NCBI GenBank assembly: GCA_963664115.2
Contig: CAXWPJ010000009.1
Location: 64,001 to 128,000 of the forward strand
Length of the DNA: 64,000 nt
From: Terriglobia bacterium
GTDB lineage: Bacteria > Acidobacteriota > Terriglobia > 20CM-2-55-15
Direction of reading: 5' to 3'
In this document: positions 51,101 through 59,452 of the stretch, one piece after another
Position numbering within the stretch: position 1 is the first letter of the stretch
How the letters are laid out: every line of letters starts with the position of its first letter
The notes under the pieces: generated by a model
The model's database searches: none
Told to the model about the DNA's origin: nothing
Seen by the model: only the letters and a program-made list of their open reading frames with translations
Program-made: the position numbers and the translations under genes

Positions 51101-51595
51101 TACTTCATCGCCCAGCGAAATGTGGAGGCCATAGGAATCGAAGCGGGCCGGACGTGGCAGTCGCGTCCCCAGCGCCCGGACACTCGTCGCTACGATGTCG
51201 GTTTCCCCTGAACGAAGCCGCCAGAGCGTCCGGGCCCGGGCCTGGCCGATATCGGCATGAGGCGAAAGCCCCGAGTAAGGATCGGTATCCCAGGCCGGAA
51301 AACTGGAGACGGAATCCGCCGGACGTTCATTGAGTTCGGAATGGAAATATCCGATATCAGACGAAAAACTCTCGGTCGACGTATCGTTAGCCGTCACCAG
51401 CACGATCGTGCGTCTCAAACCTTGCCACAGGGCGGCGAGAAAGAGGCTTTTCGCGGATCCGGTGCCGAGACCGGCGATCGTCACCGGCACCTGTTTCTTT
51501 AAGGTTTCGGCCGCGATCAGACGAATGTCAGCGAGGTCAAGAATTCTGGACAGAGATTCCCGGAGCTTGTTTCGCGGATCGTTCTGGGGGGACAC
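48110..51595 (-). CDS. mfd: Transcription-repair coupling factor
   Basis: VVHVDHGVG, DRLVCGDVGYGKTEV, DEEQRFGV, TATPIPRTL, QLRGRVGR; start placed at GTG 51595. Confidence 0.97.
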   Translation of the reverse strand: MSPQNDPRNKLRESLSRILDLADIRLIAAETLKKQVPVTIAGLGTGSAKSLFLAALWQGLRRTIVLVTANDTSTESFSSDIGYFHSELNERPADSVSSFPAWDTDPYSGLSPHADIGQARARTLWRLRSGETDIVATSVRALGTRLPRPARFDSYGLHISLGDEVSQELMLDHLSTAGYLAQEPVSSVGEFSKRGGIVDVFSPLMPNPVRIEFFGDTVESLREFDPDDQRSTNPLRRIDILPMQEQFVTREMFRDWAGKARRRWENERYHDDLNEKLVFADDGEPFPGSQFLIPASQPLSATLVDYLDEAVFVLDEPELLNEGYSEYFHTLQHRYEQTESVGGLALPPEEAFLSPDELAGSLEQYPWLKLEELGESGSNFIVVGQPARRFHGRMRELVEAIRDSFEAGRQVLLMGSTLGMAERLRDILHEYELPIRAEFGEVPLKSSSDGNAPVVVVGRISGGFRLPDANLEVFAETDVLDETEHFTPSARSKSKASAFVSDLQDLKPGHYVVHVDHGVGNYGGLETIHGQECMVLTYHDDARLYVPLERLDLVQRYSATEGSHPKLDRLGGTSWIQRKTRVRKAIRDMAQELLALYAERKVALGHAFSPDTEWQKEFEDAFQYEETPDQQTAIRDIKGDMELQIPMDRLVCGDVGYGKTEVAMRAIFKAVADGKQVAVLAPTTVLAFQHFETFKERFAAFPVTISMLSRFVSPKQQKQLITETGFGKVDVLIGTHRILSKDVHFHDLGLLIVDEEQRFGVAHKERLKQLKKQVDVLTMTATPIPRTLHMALTGLRDMSVIETPPRGRLAINTTVLKFNTPVIESAINFELDRGGQVYLVHNRVESIYSMADFIRRICPQARIGVGHGQMGEKELERVMLQFMHHEFDVLVATTIIENGLDIPLANTLIVNRADRYGLAQLYQLRGRVGRSNRRAYAYLLIPSDKILTPIARRRLAAIREFSELGSGFRVAALDLELRGAGNLLGGQQHGHIEAIGFDLYCQMLERAMEELRTGEVGPEVETTIRLGADLKIPESFVSDEMFRLRVYKSIASARTEEAIDLQYRDLEDRFGPLPPAVENLLEYARLRLEGRSLSVHTIERKRDVINIVFDQKAHIDPERIVQLVEGSPDVIFTPPATLRIKSPGPGRSVFERIQSVLAELS

Positions 51596-51596
51596 T

Positions 51597-52085
51597 TCAG
51601 ATCTTTCCCAGACGGGAGAGGACGCGCTCGATAACACCTGTGCTCGATTGACCGGCGATCAAACCCACCGCGACGACTTCGCCACCCCACGCCTCCACTT
51701 CTTCCTGTCCGACAATGCCCTTGTCCGCCCAGTCGGAGCCTTTGACAAGTACGTCGGGATGGATCTTGAGGATCGTCTCCAAGGGAGTGTCTTCGTCGAA
51801 GACGCATACAAAATCGACGGGCTCCATCGCGATCAATACTTCGGCCCGCTCGGACTGATCAAAGATAGGACGCCCTGGCCCCTTGAATCGCCGGACGGAC
51901 TGATCGCTGTTGATGGCAACCACCAGGACATCTCCGTGCTCCCGGGCCGCCCGAAACAGTTCGATATGCCCCTTGTGGAGTATGTCGAAGCAACCGTTGG
52001 TAAACACGATCCGCTTCCCCCCGGCCTTCAAATCACGAACGGTCCCGGCAAGAGAGTCGATGGCTTCTATATTGTAGGTGGACAT
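51597..52085 (-). CDS. rfaE2: D-glycero-beta-D-manno-heptose 1-phosphate adenylyltransferase
   Basis: FTNGCFDILHKGH, NSDQSVRRFKGPGRP, PDVLVKGSD, SSTG. Confidence 0.93.
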   Translation of the reverse strand: MSTYNIEAIDSLAGTVRDLKAGGKRIVFTNGCFDILHKGHIELFRAAREHGDVLVVAINSDQSVRRFKGPGRPIFDQSERAEVLIAMEPVDFVCVFDEDTPLETILKIHPDVLVKGSDWADKGIVGQEEVEAWGGEVVAVGLIAGQSSTGVIERVLSRLGKI

Positions 52086-52155
52086 GCCCTTGTGGGGTTT
52101 CCAGAAGCTTCAGCCGTCTGGCGTTGCGGTCTTAAATTAGTATAGCATCGCCCTT

Positions 52156-53574
52156 GTGCGTCTCCGACTGACTGCCATAGCGGTATGTTCCGGCGCTTTT
52201 CTCCTCGGATGGATGGGTCTTCGGTCTGCCACACCGGAATTCGAAAGAGGAGTCCTGCCGCTCGACCCCGCAACGCCCTACATACGCTTTACTCCCGACT
52301 CTTCACCAAGCGCAACCGCTCTCCTCGTTCACGGCCTGAACTCCAACAAAGAATTCATGCAGACGTTCGCGATGGCATTGGCCGATGCCGGCGTTGAAAC
52401 CTATGCGATCGACCTTCCCGGTCACGGAGACTCGTCCGCACCGTTCAACTATTCTGACAGCCGTCGAGTGGTCGATACCTTGCTCGATTCGATGGAGCCC
52501 GGACCCGGCAATCTCATTGTCGTCGGTCACTCGATGGGGGGCGCCCTCCTGACGGATCTGGCACCCGCGCGGGGGTTTCGAACGATGCTCCTTCTGTCGC
52601 CGGCGCCCATCCCCTTAACCGAATTCTCGACTGAACGGTTTCTCATTGTGACCGGTGCGTTGGAGGCCCCGCGCATCAACCAGTTCATCCCCAGTCTGAT
52701 CGACGCCGCTGCTGGTGAGATCTTGTGGTGGAAGTTTCCTGACGCTGCGCATTCTACCGCCCTCTTCGATCCCGACAAAATCCGGCGAATGGTGGAGTGG
52801 GTCATCGACAGCAACGCAAGCGAGGAAAGCGAGAACAGCGCGGCGCGACTCGGGACTCTCGCCCGCTACGGATGGTTGATGCTGATGGCTCTGGCTGGAA
52901 TCGCCGGCGCGGTGCCACTGATGTGGAGACCCCGCACAATCCCCGGCGAAACACCACCTTCCGTTTCCCTGACACACGCGCTGGTCGCTTACATCGCAGC
53001 TTCGGGCGGCGGCGTCCTGTTGCTAAGGTTAATCAACCCGATGGGGTGGCTGAGTGTCTTTCGAGCGGACTATCTGATCGGTTTCATTCTGGTGGTGGGA
53101 CTGTTGCTGTGGCGAGGGCGCGGCTTCTCTGCCACCGGAGGGGGCCTCGCGATCGCTTTGATTGGCGCGGTCTACGTGATCGCCATTCTGGTAGTGGGCG
53201 TGGCGGGCAATCTCGTTCACCTGGTTCCATCGGGCATCCAGTGGTTCTGGTTCCCGACCCTGACAGTGGCCGGTCTGCCACTATTCCTTCATGACGAGCA
53301 GACGCTTCGGCCCGTCGGACTCGCATGGAAACGCTGGGGTATGTTCCTGCTGACCCGGGTCATCCTGTGGGCGGCGGTCGTGACCGGGGTGTTGCTCCTG
53401 AACACAGAAAACACCTTTCTCGTTTTGATCATGCACCTGGTTGTAGTGTTCTGGGTGCTGCTCTGGTGGATGACCGGGTTCATCGCCCGCAGGACAGGGG
53501 AGGCTGGGGCCGCGGCGCTTTTCGCCGCCGTCGTCCATGCCTGGGCCCTAGCCGCGCTGTTAGTCCGGGTTTGA
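52156..53574 (+). CDS. Alpha/beta hydrolase with multi-pass membrane C-terminal domain
   Basis: LVHG, DLPGHG, GHSMGG nucleophile elbow; about 7-8 C-terminal TM segments. Confidence 0.85.
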   Translation: MRLRLTAIAVCSGAFLLGWMGLRSATPEFERGVLPLDPATPYIRFTPDSSPSATALLVHGLNSNKEFMQTFAMALADAGVETYAIDLPGHGDSSAPFNYSDSRRVVDTLLDSMEPGPGNLIVVGHSMGGALLTDLAPARGFRTMLLLSPAPIPLTEFSTERFLIVTGALEAPRINQFIPSLIDAAAGEILWWKFPDAAHSTALFDPDKIRRMVEWVIDSNASEESENSAARLGTLARYGWLMLMALAGIAGAVPLMWRPRTIPGETPPSVSLTHALVAYIAASGGGVLLLRLINPMGWLSVFRADYLIGFILVVGLLLWRGRGFSATGGGLAIALIGAVYVIAILVVGVAGNLVHLVPSGIQWFWFPTLTVAGLPLFLHDEQTLRPVGLAWKRWGMFLLTRVILWAAVVTGVLLLNTENTFLVLIMHLVVVFWVLLWWMTGFIARRTGEAGAAALFAAVVHAWALAALLVRV

Positions 53575-53661
53575 AATGGGGGTCAGAGCCCTATATCCCC
53601 ATTTTAATTACACGAATAACTGTAGGACTAAATAGGGGATATAGGGCTCTGACCCCTATTT
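53574..53661. repeat. REP/MITE-like element, GGGGTCAGAGCCCTAT family, copy 2
   Basis: Perfect 22-bp inverted repeat GGGGTCAGAGCCCTATATCCCC (53579-53600) / 53635-53656, filling the gap between convergent genes. Confidence 0.9.
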
Positions 53662-54877
53662 AATTTATTTCCACCAGTCCTATGCGGTTCGAACTGGTTT
53701 GATGAATAAGCAGGTTGCCGGCCTCGGTCACCCAAAAATTCCGGACGATGCCGACACCGGAGGGGATAGCCCAGCTTTGGAACTGTTCCGTCTCCGGCTC
53801 GAATCGCACGAGCGCATCCGGCCTCATCCCCGACTCGTTGTACCAGATGACGTCGTCGACTACGGCGAAAGCATAGGGATGGGAGTCCGGTCCACTCGGT
53901 GATGGCCACTCCCGGATCTCGCCCGTCTCCGGGTTGAGCCTTCCAATACGCCCCATAGTCGAGTTCCCGTACCAGACCATGCCATCACTGGTGATGCCGA
54001 GCCGGCGAACGCGCGAGGCTTCGTTCGGCACCTCGTAATAGCGGACCGCCATCGTCTCCGGATTGAGGGCCCCGATCTTGTTGGTGCCGTTGTATGCGAT
54101 CCAGACGGTACCGTCAGGAGCCACCTGGAGACCGTATGGCCTCTGCTCCGTCTGTATCTCGGTAATCTCACCAGTCTCCGGGCTGAGGCGCCCAAGCATA
54201 TTGGCGGCCTGGGAGGTGAAGAAGAGCCTGCCGTTGGGATGGAAGGTGGCGCTATGGGGATCACGGGCCTCGGTCTCGTATTCGGTGATCTCGCCTGTCC
54301 TGGGATCAAGCTTGCCAACTGTGGCGTTGCTGTTTCCCGTGTACCAGATGTTACCGTCCGCGTCGGGAACGATGGTGTGCGGCCGGGCATCGGGCGGAAG
54401 GAGAAACTCTTCCATCTCTCCCGTCTCCGGATCGAGCCGCCCAGCGAGGCTGGCCCACATCCCCGTCCACCAGATCGAGCCGTCCGGCGCCTCGACCACA
54501 TCACGCGAGCGCTGGCCGAGGGTCGGCACCATCCATTCCGTAATCTCGATCGATGCGTCACCCGGGACCAGGGTGGGACGCCGCCCCGCCTGCTCGGGGA
54601 AGTGCTCGGCCAGATACTGGGACACGGTGTTGGCCTGGGCGTCGGGCATCGACACCATGGTGGCTACGAGCATGTTCCAGTCGTCCTTGTCATATCCCGC
54701 CGAGTTGGTGATCTGGTTGAGTCCGTGGCACTGGGTACACTGGCTCTGAATAAGTCCTTGACCGGCGCCTGCCGGCAACTGAATTGGCTGACCTCCTCGC
54801 TGCGCTTCGGCCGGGACAGCTACAAGCAAACAGAAGAACACCGCGATGGTCAGGACTCGGAACACAATGCTTCGCAT
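53660..54877 (-). CDS. Exported c-type cytochrome fused to a Vgb (virginiamycin B lyase)-like beta-propeller
   Basis: AEA signal peptide, CTQCH heme motif, repeats of DG.IW.T...GRLDPETGE. Confidence 0.85.
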   Translation of the reverse strand: MRSIVFRVLTIAVFFCLLVAVPAEAQRGGQPIQLPAGAGQGLIQSQCTQCHGLNQITNSAGYDKDDWNMLVATMVSMPDAQANTVSQYLAEHFPEQAGRRPTLVPGDASIEITEWMVPTLGQRSRDVVEAPDGSIWWTGMWASLAGRLDPETGEMEEFLLPPDARPHTIVPDADGNIWYTGNSNATVGKLDPRTGEITEYETEARDPHSATFHPNGRLFFTSQAANMLGRLSPETGEITEIQTEQRPYGLQVAPDGTVWIAYNGTNKIGALNPETMAVRYYEVPNEASRVRRLGITSDGMVWYGNSTMGRIGRLNPETGEIREWPSPSGPDSHPYAFAVVDDVIWYNESGMRPDALVRFEPETEQFQSWAIPSGVGIVRNFWVTEAGNLLIHQTSSNRIGLVEIN

Positions 54878-55582
54878 AAGGCTTACCTCGATCCTCAAAA
54901 GATTCGCGTCCCTATCGCGACCATTGACGGATCGCTGCGGGCCATTCCCCGACAGATACAAGACGCATTGGGTACTGCTAGTATAGGCCGATACTACACT
55001 TCGCTACCGACACGAGCAAGTTCTTCCCGCCGCATCTGCACTCGACCTAAGGTATCGGGGCCATCACTTCAAACAATCGACGACGCCCTTCTCAGCAGTT
55101 ACAGATGTTGATGAACTCACTGGGGATCACGGCCGACCGATCGACTTTGACGGCGCACCCCCCTCGGAAGCGCCGGCCGACAGCAAATCTCCAACCAAGA
55201 CAGCAGCCCGATATCCAGGCCTGCACGGCTTCGGATCGCTATTTCCCGAAGAGGCTCTAAGAAGTGTATGTGTTGGGGTTCGAAGAGCTTCCACGCTATG
55301 CTGATTTTCGTCGCCGTTTCACCTCCCACTTTCGGGAAATAGGACTTGTGAGGAATGCCGGCCAACGGAGTCAACTGTCGCTTCCGCGCAATGCTTCGTG
55401 TCTTGCGATCAGACGCCGGGGCACTGCCATTGCTCATGCACATTGACTGCCTGATGTCCAGGCTGTAAAGTCCAGGCACTTAAGGATTCCATAACTCCAT
55501 AACGTCGACCGTGATGGCGTTACCGAACAAGAGTCGGAATTGAGCACCCTCGCTGGGGCACTGCCTACTGAGACTGCAGCCA

Positions 55583-58500
55583 ATGAGCAAACCTTCAAGA
55601 CGCAGGTTGGCCGACAGGCTCCTCGTTTTAGCCGTCCTGACTTGCGTTCTGGTCTCTTTCAACCTGACATCCGCGGCAAATCCCTCTGCTGTTCAAGAGC
55701 CCTCCGGCGGAGCAGACCCCAACCGTCTGTGGGCAATCGTCATCGGCGTCTCGAATTATACTCATGCCGAACCTCTACTTTATGCGGCGTCCGATGCGGC
55801 GGCCTTCGGGGAGTTTCTGAAAAGTCCGCGGGGCGGAGGCATCCCTGAGGATCACATTTTCGTCTTGCTCGAAGACGAGGCAACGCGGTTTGGCGTCCTG
55901 GTGGCACTGGAGGAACTGCAGGGCAAGGTTCAACGGGGAGACACGGTGTATGTATACATCGCTGGACACGGTTTCATCAAAAACCGGGTGGGCTATTTCA
56001 TCCCCAGTGATGGCGCTTTGAACCTACCTGCCGCTACCGCAATCAACTTCTCGCATCTCAAAGATATGGTCGAATCCGGCCTGGCCCACGCAAACACACG
56101 CATCCTGGTGACCGACATGTGCAACGCGGGGCGTATCGGGCCGGATCAGTCGGAGCTGGGGGCAGGAATACAGAACCTCATCAACGCAAACCTTCTCGAC
56201 CTCAACGCGGGTGAGGGGACATTTCTGAACCTTCTGGCCAGTCGCCCGACGGAGGCGTCGTGGGAAAGCGACGAACTGCAACAGGGTGTATTTACCTACA
56301 CGCTCCTCGAAGCCTTGAACGGAAGGGGTAGCCCGGAGGGCCAGACCGTCGCTTCGGCAAGCGACGTCGTGAACTACGTTCGTACCGAAGTCGCCAGCTA
56401 TACGGCAAGCCAACAGAATCCGATGGCCAACGAGGGCTTCGATCCTCAGTTGCCACTCGCTTATCTGGATCTTCCCGGACCGGATGTTTCGGCCACGGAT
56501 CCACGGACGAGCCTCGTCATCGTCAACGCGGGACAGTTCGGTTATGACCGTGTTGCGTGGCAAGAGTCTCTGACCCAAGCCCAAGCAATGTTACTGCTCC
56601 CCGAGGGTCAGGAGAGCATCGAAATTGCCCCCCTGGAGACGGGCGAACTCGAATTGGTATTTCGCGGTTCCGAGGATCAGGAACGCACTGTAAGGGTAGA
56701 ACTTGAATCGGGAGAGAATACACTGACACTCGACGCCGCTCGGTTCGATTTCCAGCCGGCGGGTCCGGTTCAGTTTGCGGCACTGACTCCATCCCCTCCA
56801 CCCCCGGCGCAGCTTGCCGTTCCGGTTGGGACGTCGATGTTGTTCCTGAGGCTGGAGGCAGACACCGAAATTTATGTCGACGATCAGTTTTTCGGGAGCA
56901 GTGGTGCGAATGAACGACTTGTCGAACTCCGCGGTCTTGCACCCGGTATCCGAAACCTCCAGCTTCTCGAAGGAGCCGACCGGGAATATCGCTTCCGCCT
57001 GGAACTGTTTTCCGGACCGCACGCTCTGGATCTGTCGAGTGGTGAATTACGCTTCCTCGCAGCAAGACCCCCGGCCCCGTCTCCGGACAATGTCCCGCCG
57101 ACTCTTCCCGTCGGGTCCGTTCAAACTTATCAGGATTTTGAGCGCGCGTTGTGGGCCAGCGACCTGATCGAACCGGACGGACAATCCGCCTGGGACTACT
57201 ACAACCAGATCTCCAATCTGGTTTCGGCGGACATCGCCAACGACATGCGAGTCCGCTTGGTTGTTGCCCTGGGAGATCAAGCGCAACAAACGATTTTGAA
57301 GTATCGGAAAGGCGGTGATATCCGATGGAGCGCCGATATCTTTGAAGATGCATCTGTGTTGACCCAACGCGTACTCGATCTTTTTCCGACAACACCGGAG
57401 CTGGAATCTCAACGCCAGTTCTTCGATGGCCGCGCACTTGTGGAAAACGGCCAGTACGTGGAGGCGGTCCAAACGCTCCAAGAGGCGATCGATCTGGACC
57501 CCGAAGCAAGTCACGCCCATAACGCAATCGGGCTCTCATTCTGGCAGCAGGGACTGCTCGACAGAGCGATCCCCTCTCTCCAACAGGCGATCGCCCTGAC
57601 TCCGGAATGGAACTATCCCCGATATACACTGTCGTTGGTCTACCTCGAACAACGCCTCTACGACCAGGCCGAACAGGGATTCCAGGCTGCACTCGCCAAC
57701 GATGCTGAGGACAGTGCGGCGTACCACGGTTTGGGCCAGATCTACCTGTTAGAGGGTCGAAACGACGAAGCTGAAACTCAACTCCAACAGGCAGTCCTTT
57801 TCAACCCCGGGAACGCATACGCCCATCATACCTACGGACAATTTCAGCAGCGGCTGGGCGTGCTCGACCAAGCAGAAGAGATGTTTCGGCTTGCGATCCG
57901 AATCGAGCCAGAAGAGCCGGCTTTTCGCGCCAGCCTGGGTGCATTGCTTGCCGATAACGGCTTGGTGGCCGAGGCCGAGGCCGTTTTTGCCGAGGTTGCA
58001 GCGACAGATCCGAACAGCATCCCGGTCGTACAGGCATACCGAGGTTTCTTAGAGTCGGAAAACAGACTGGATGAAGTTGAGGACTTGCTCGAACGGGCGA
58101 TCGAGCGGTCTCCCGAAGATCCCAACCTCCATGTCCTCTATGGAGGATTTCTTCGAGAGCAGGGACGGCCGGACGATGCCGAGGAAGAATATGAAGAGGC
58201 CATCGAGTTAGATGGTACCAATGCCTTCGCGCACCATGATCTGGCGACCTTGGAGTTGGAACGTCAGAATCTCGATGACGCCGAACGAGAGCTCCAGCTT
58301 GCGGTTGAGGCTGACCCTCGATTCCCTGCGCCCCGGCGCCTCTTGGGCCAGATCCGATCCGCGCAGGGTCGATTCGAGGATGCTCTTAGGGAATACGAAA
58401 TCGCCCTTGAGTTTTCAGTTGAGCCGGAACAGCGACAGGAGTTCGAGAGTGCAGTTGCCGAAACCCGCACATTGGTGGTTGCCGCCATGCTCGACAACGG

Positions 58501-59413
58501 CGGGGAAGCTTTTAACGACGAGCGCTATGGAGACGCATGGGAAGTTTATCTCGATGCTGCGACGGTGTCTCCTGAAGATGTTGATGTGAGGAACGCGATT
58601 TTGAGGTTCCAGTATGAGCGCCCTCTGGAGGGTGAAACCGGCGCGCTGCCCGTATCAGAGTTGGCGTCGGTCCTCAATACGGAGTTTTGGCGGCAGCAAA
58701 CCGCGGCTGAAAGTTTGTGGAGAGATGGCCGAAGCGATGAAGCGCTCGCGATGTTCCGGGCAGCCTTGATTGACCTGGATTCCGATGAGAGAATCCGGAT
58801 CGCAGGAACGCAATTTAATCTGCGCAACGACGCGTACGGCATCCACGAGATCGTCTACCGCTGGGCTATGAGGATGATCGGTGAGCGTGACTACGCGGGA
58901 GCCGAAGAACTTATGGCCCGTGCCCGCGAGCTCAACCTTTACGCTCCGGTTCCCGGCTTCTCTCCACTTACGATCGATAGTTTGATGTATCCCGAGGACG
59001 CTGTTGACCCCCAGGTGTTTGCAGATTTCGAGATCGCGCATCATCCCGATGAACGGGCCCACGAAATCTATGCAATTCTGATCGCCGTGGCCGGATCGAG
59101 CGATGAGGTTCCGACATATCTCGAGACCTTTGAAGGGCGCGGTCCCAACATCAGAATCCGAATGTCCGTAGCCGAGGCCTTAAGTCGGGAGTCCATGTTC
59201 GAAGAAGCGGTGCCTGTGCTCGAGCCCATCGTCTCAAACGAGGGACAGGTCCTCGAGAGGGAGTCACTCCCGTCAGTCTACGTGTTGTTGGCCGCATTGG
59301 AATGCTCCGCCGGTGACTGCCGAGCAGCTCTCGAAACACTGGAGGCGGGGCAAGGGCTGTTTCCCGACAGCGAATTGATCCGGGATGCAATCGGACGGAT
59401 AAGACAGCCTTGA
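55583..59413 (+). CDS. Exported caspase-family (peptidase C14) protein with C-terminal TPR array
   Basis: Signal peptide; WAIVIGVSNY, L.YAASDA, catalytic IAGHG and TDMCNAG, GVFTYTLLEAL, QNP; about 10 or more TPR motifs. Confidence 0.9.
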   Translation: MSKPSRRRLADRLLVLAVLTCVLVSFNLTSAANPSAVQEPSGGADPNRLWAIVIGVSNYTHAEPLLYAASDAAAFGEFLKSPRGGGIPEDHIFVLLEDEATRFGVLVALEELQGKVQRGDTVYVYIAGHGFIKNRVGYFIPSDGALNLPAATAINFSHLKDMVESGLAHANTRILVTDMCNAGRIGPDQSELGAGIQNLINANLLDLNAGEGTFLNLLASRPTEASWESDELQQGVFTYTLLEALNGRGSPEGQTVASASDVVNYVRTEVASYTASQQNPMANEGFDPQLPLAYLDLPGPDVSATDPRTSLVIVNAGQFGYDRVAWQESLTQAQAMLLLPEGQESIEIAPLETGELELVFRGSEDQERTVRVELESGENTLTLDAARFDFQPAGPVQFAALTPSPPPPAQLAVPVGTSMLFLRLEADTEIYVDDQFFGSSGANERLVELRGLAPGIRNLQLLEGADREYRFRLELFSGPHALDLSSGELRFLAARPPAPSPDNVPPTLPVGSVQTYQDFERALWASDLIEPDGQSAWDYYNQISNLVSADIANDMRVRLVVALGDQAQQTILKYRKGGDIRWSADIFEDASVLTQRVLDLFPTTPELESQRQFFDGRALVENGQYVEAVQTLQEAIDLDPEASHAHNAIGLSFWQQGLLDRAIPSLQQAIALTPEWNYPRYTLSLVYLEQRLYDQAEQGFQAALANDAEDSAAYHGLGQIYLLEGRNDEAETQLQQAVLFNPGNAYAHHTYGQFQQRLGVLDQAEEMFRLAIRIEPEEPAFRASLGALLADNGLVAEAEAVFAEVAATDPNSIPVVQAYRGFLESENRLDEVEDLLERAIERSPEDPNLHVLYGGFLREQGRPDDAEEEYEEAIELDGTNAFAHHDLATLELERQNLDDAERELQLAVEADPRFPAPRRLLGQIRSAQGRFEDALREYEIALEFSVEPEQRQEFESAVAETRTLVVAAMLDNGGEAFNDERYGDAWEVYLDAATVSPEDVDVRNAILRFQYERPLEGETGALPVSELASVLNTEFWRQQTAAESLWRDGRSDEALAMFRAALIDLDSDERIRIAGTQFNLRNDAYGIHEIVYRWAMRMIGERDYAGAEELMARARELNLYAPVPGFSPLTIDSLMYPEDAVDPQVFADFEIAHHPDERAHEIYAILIAVAGSSDEVPTYLETFEGRGPNIRIRMSVAEALSRESMFEEAVPVLEPIVSNEGQVLERESLPSVYVLLAALECSAGDCRAALETLEAGQGLFPDSELIRDAIGRIRQP

Positions 59414-59452
59414 TGATTCTGGCCAGACGGCGCCATCGACGACCCTAGCTAA

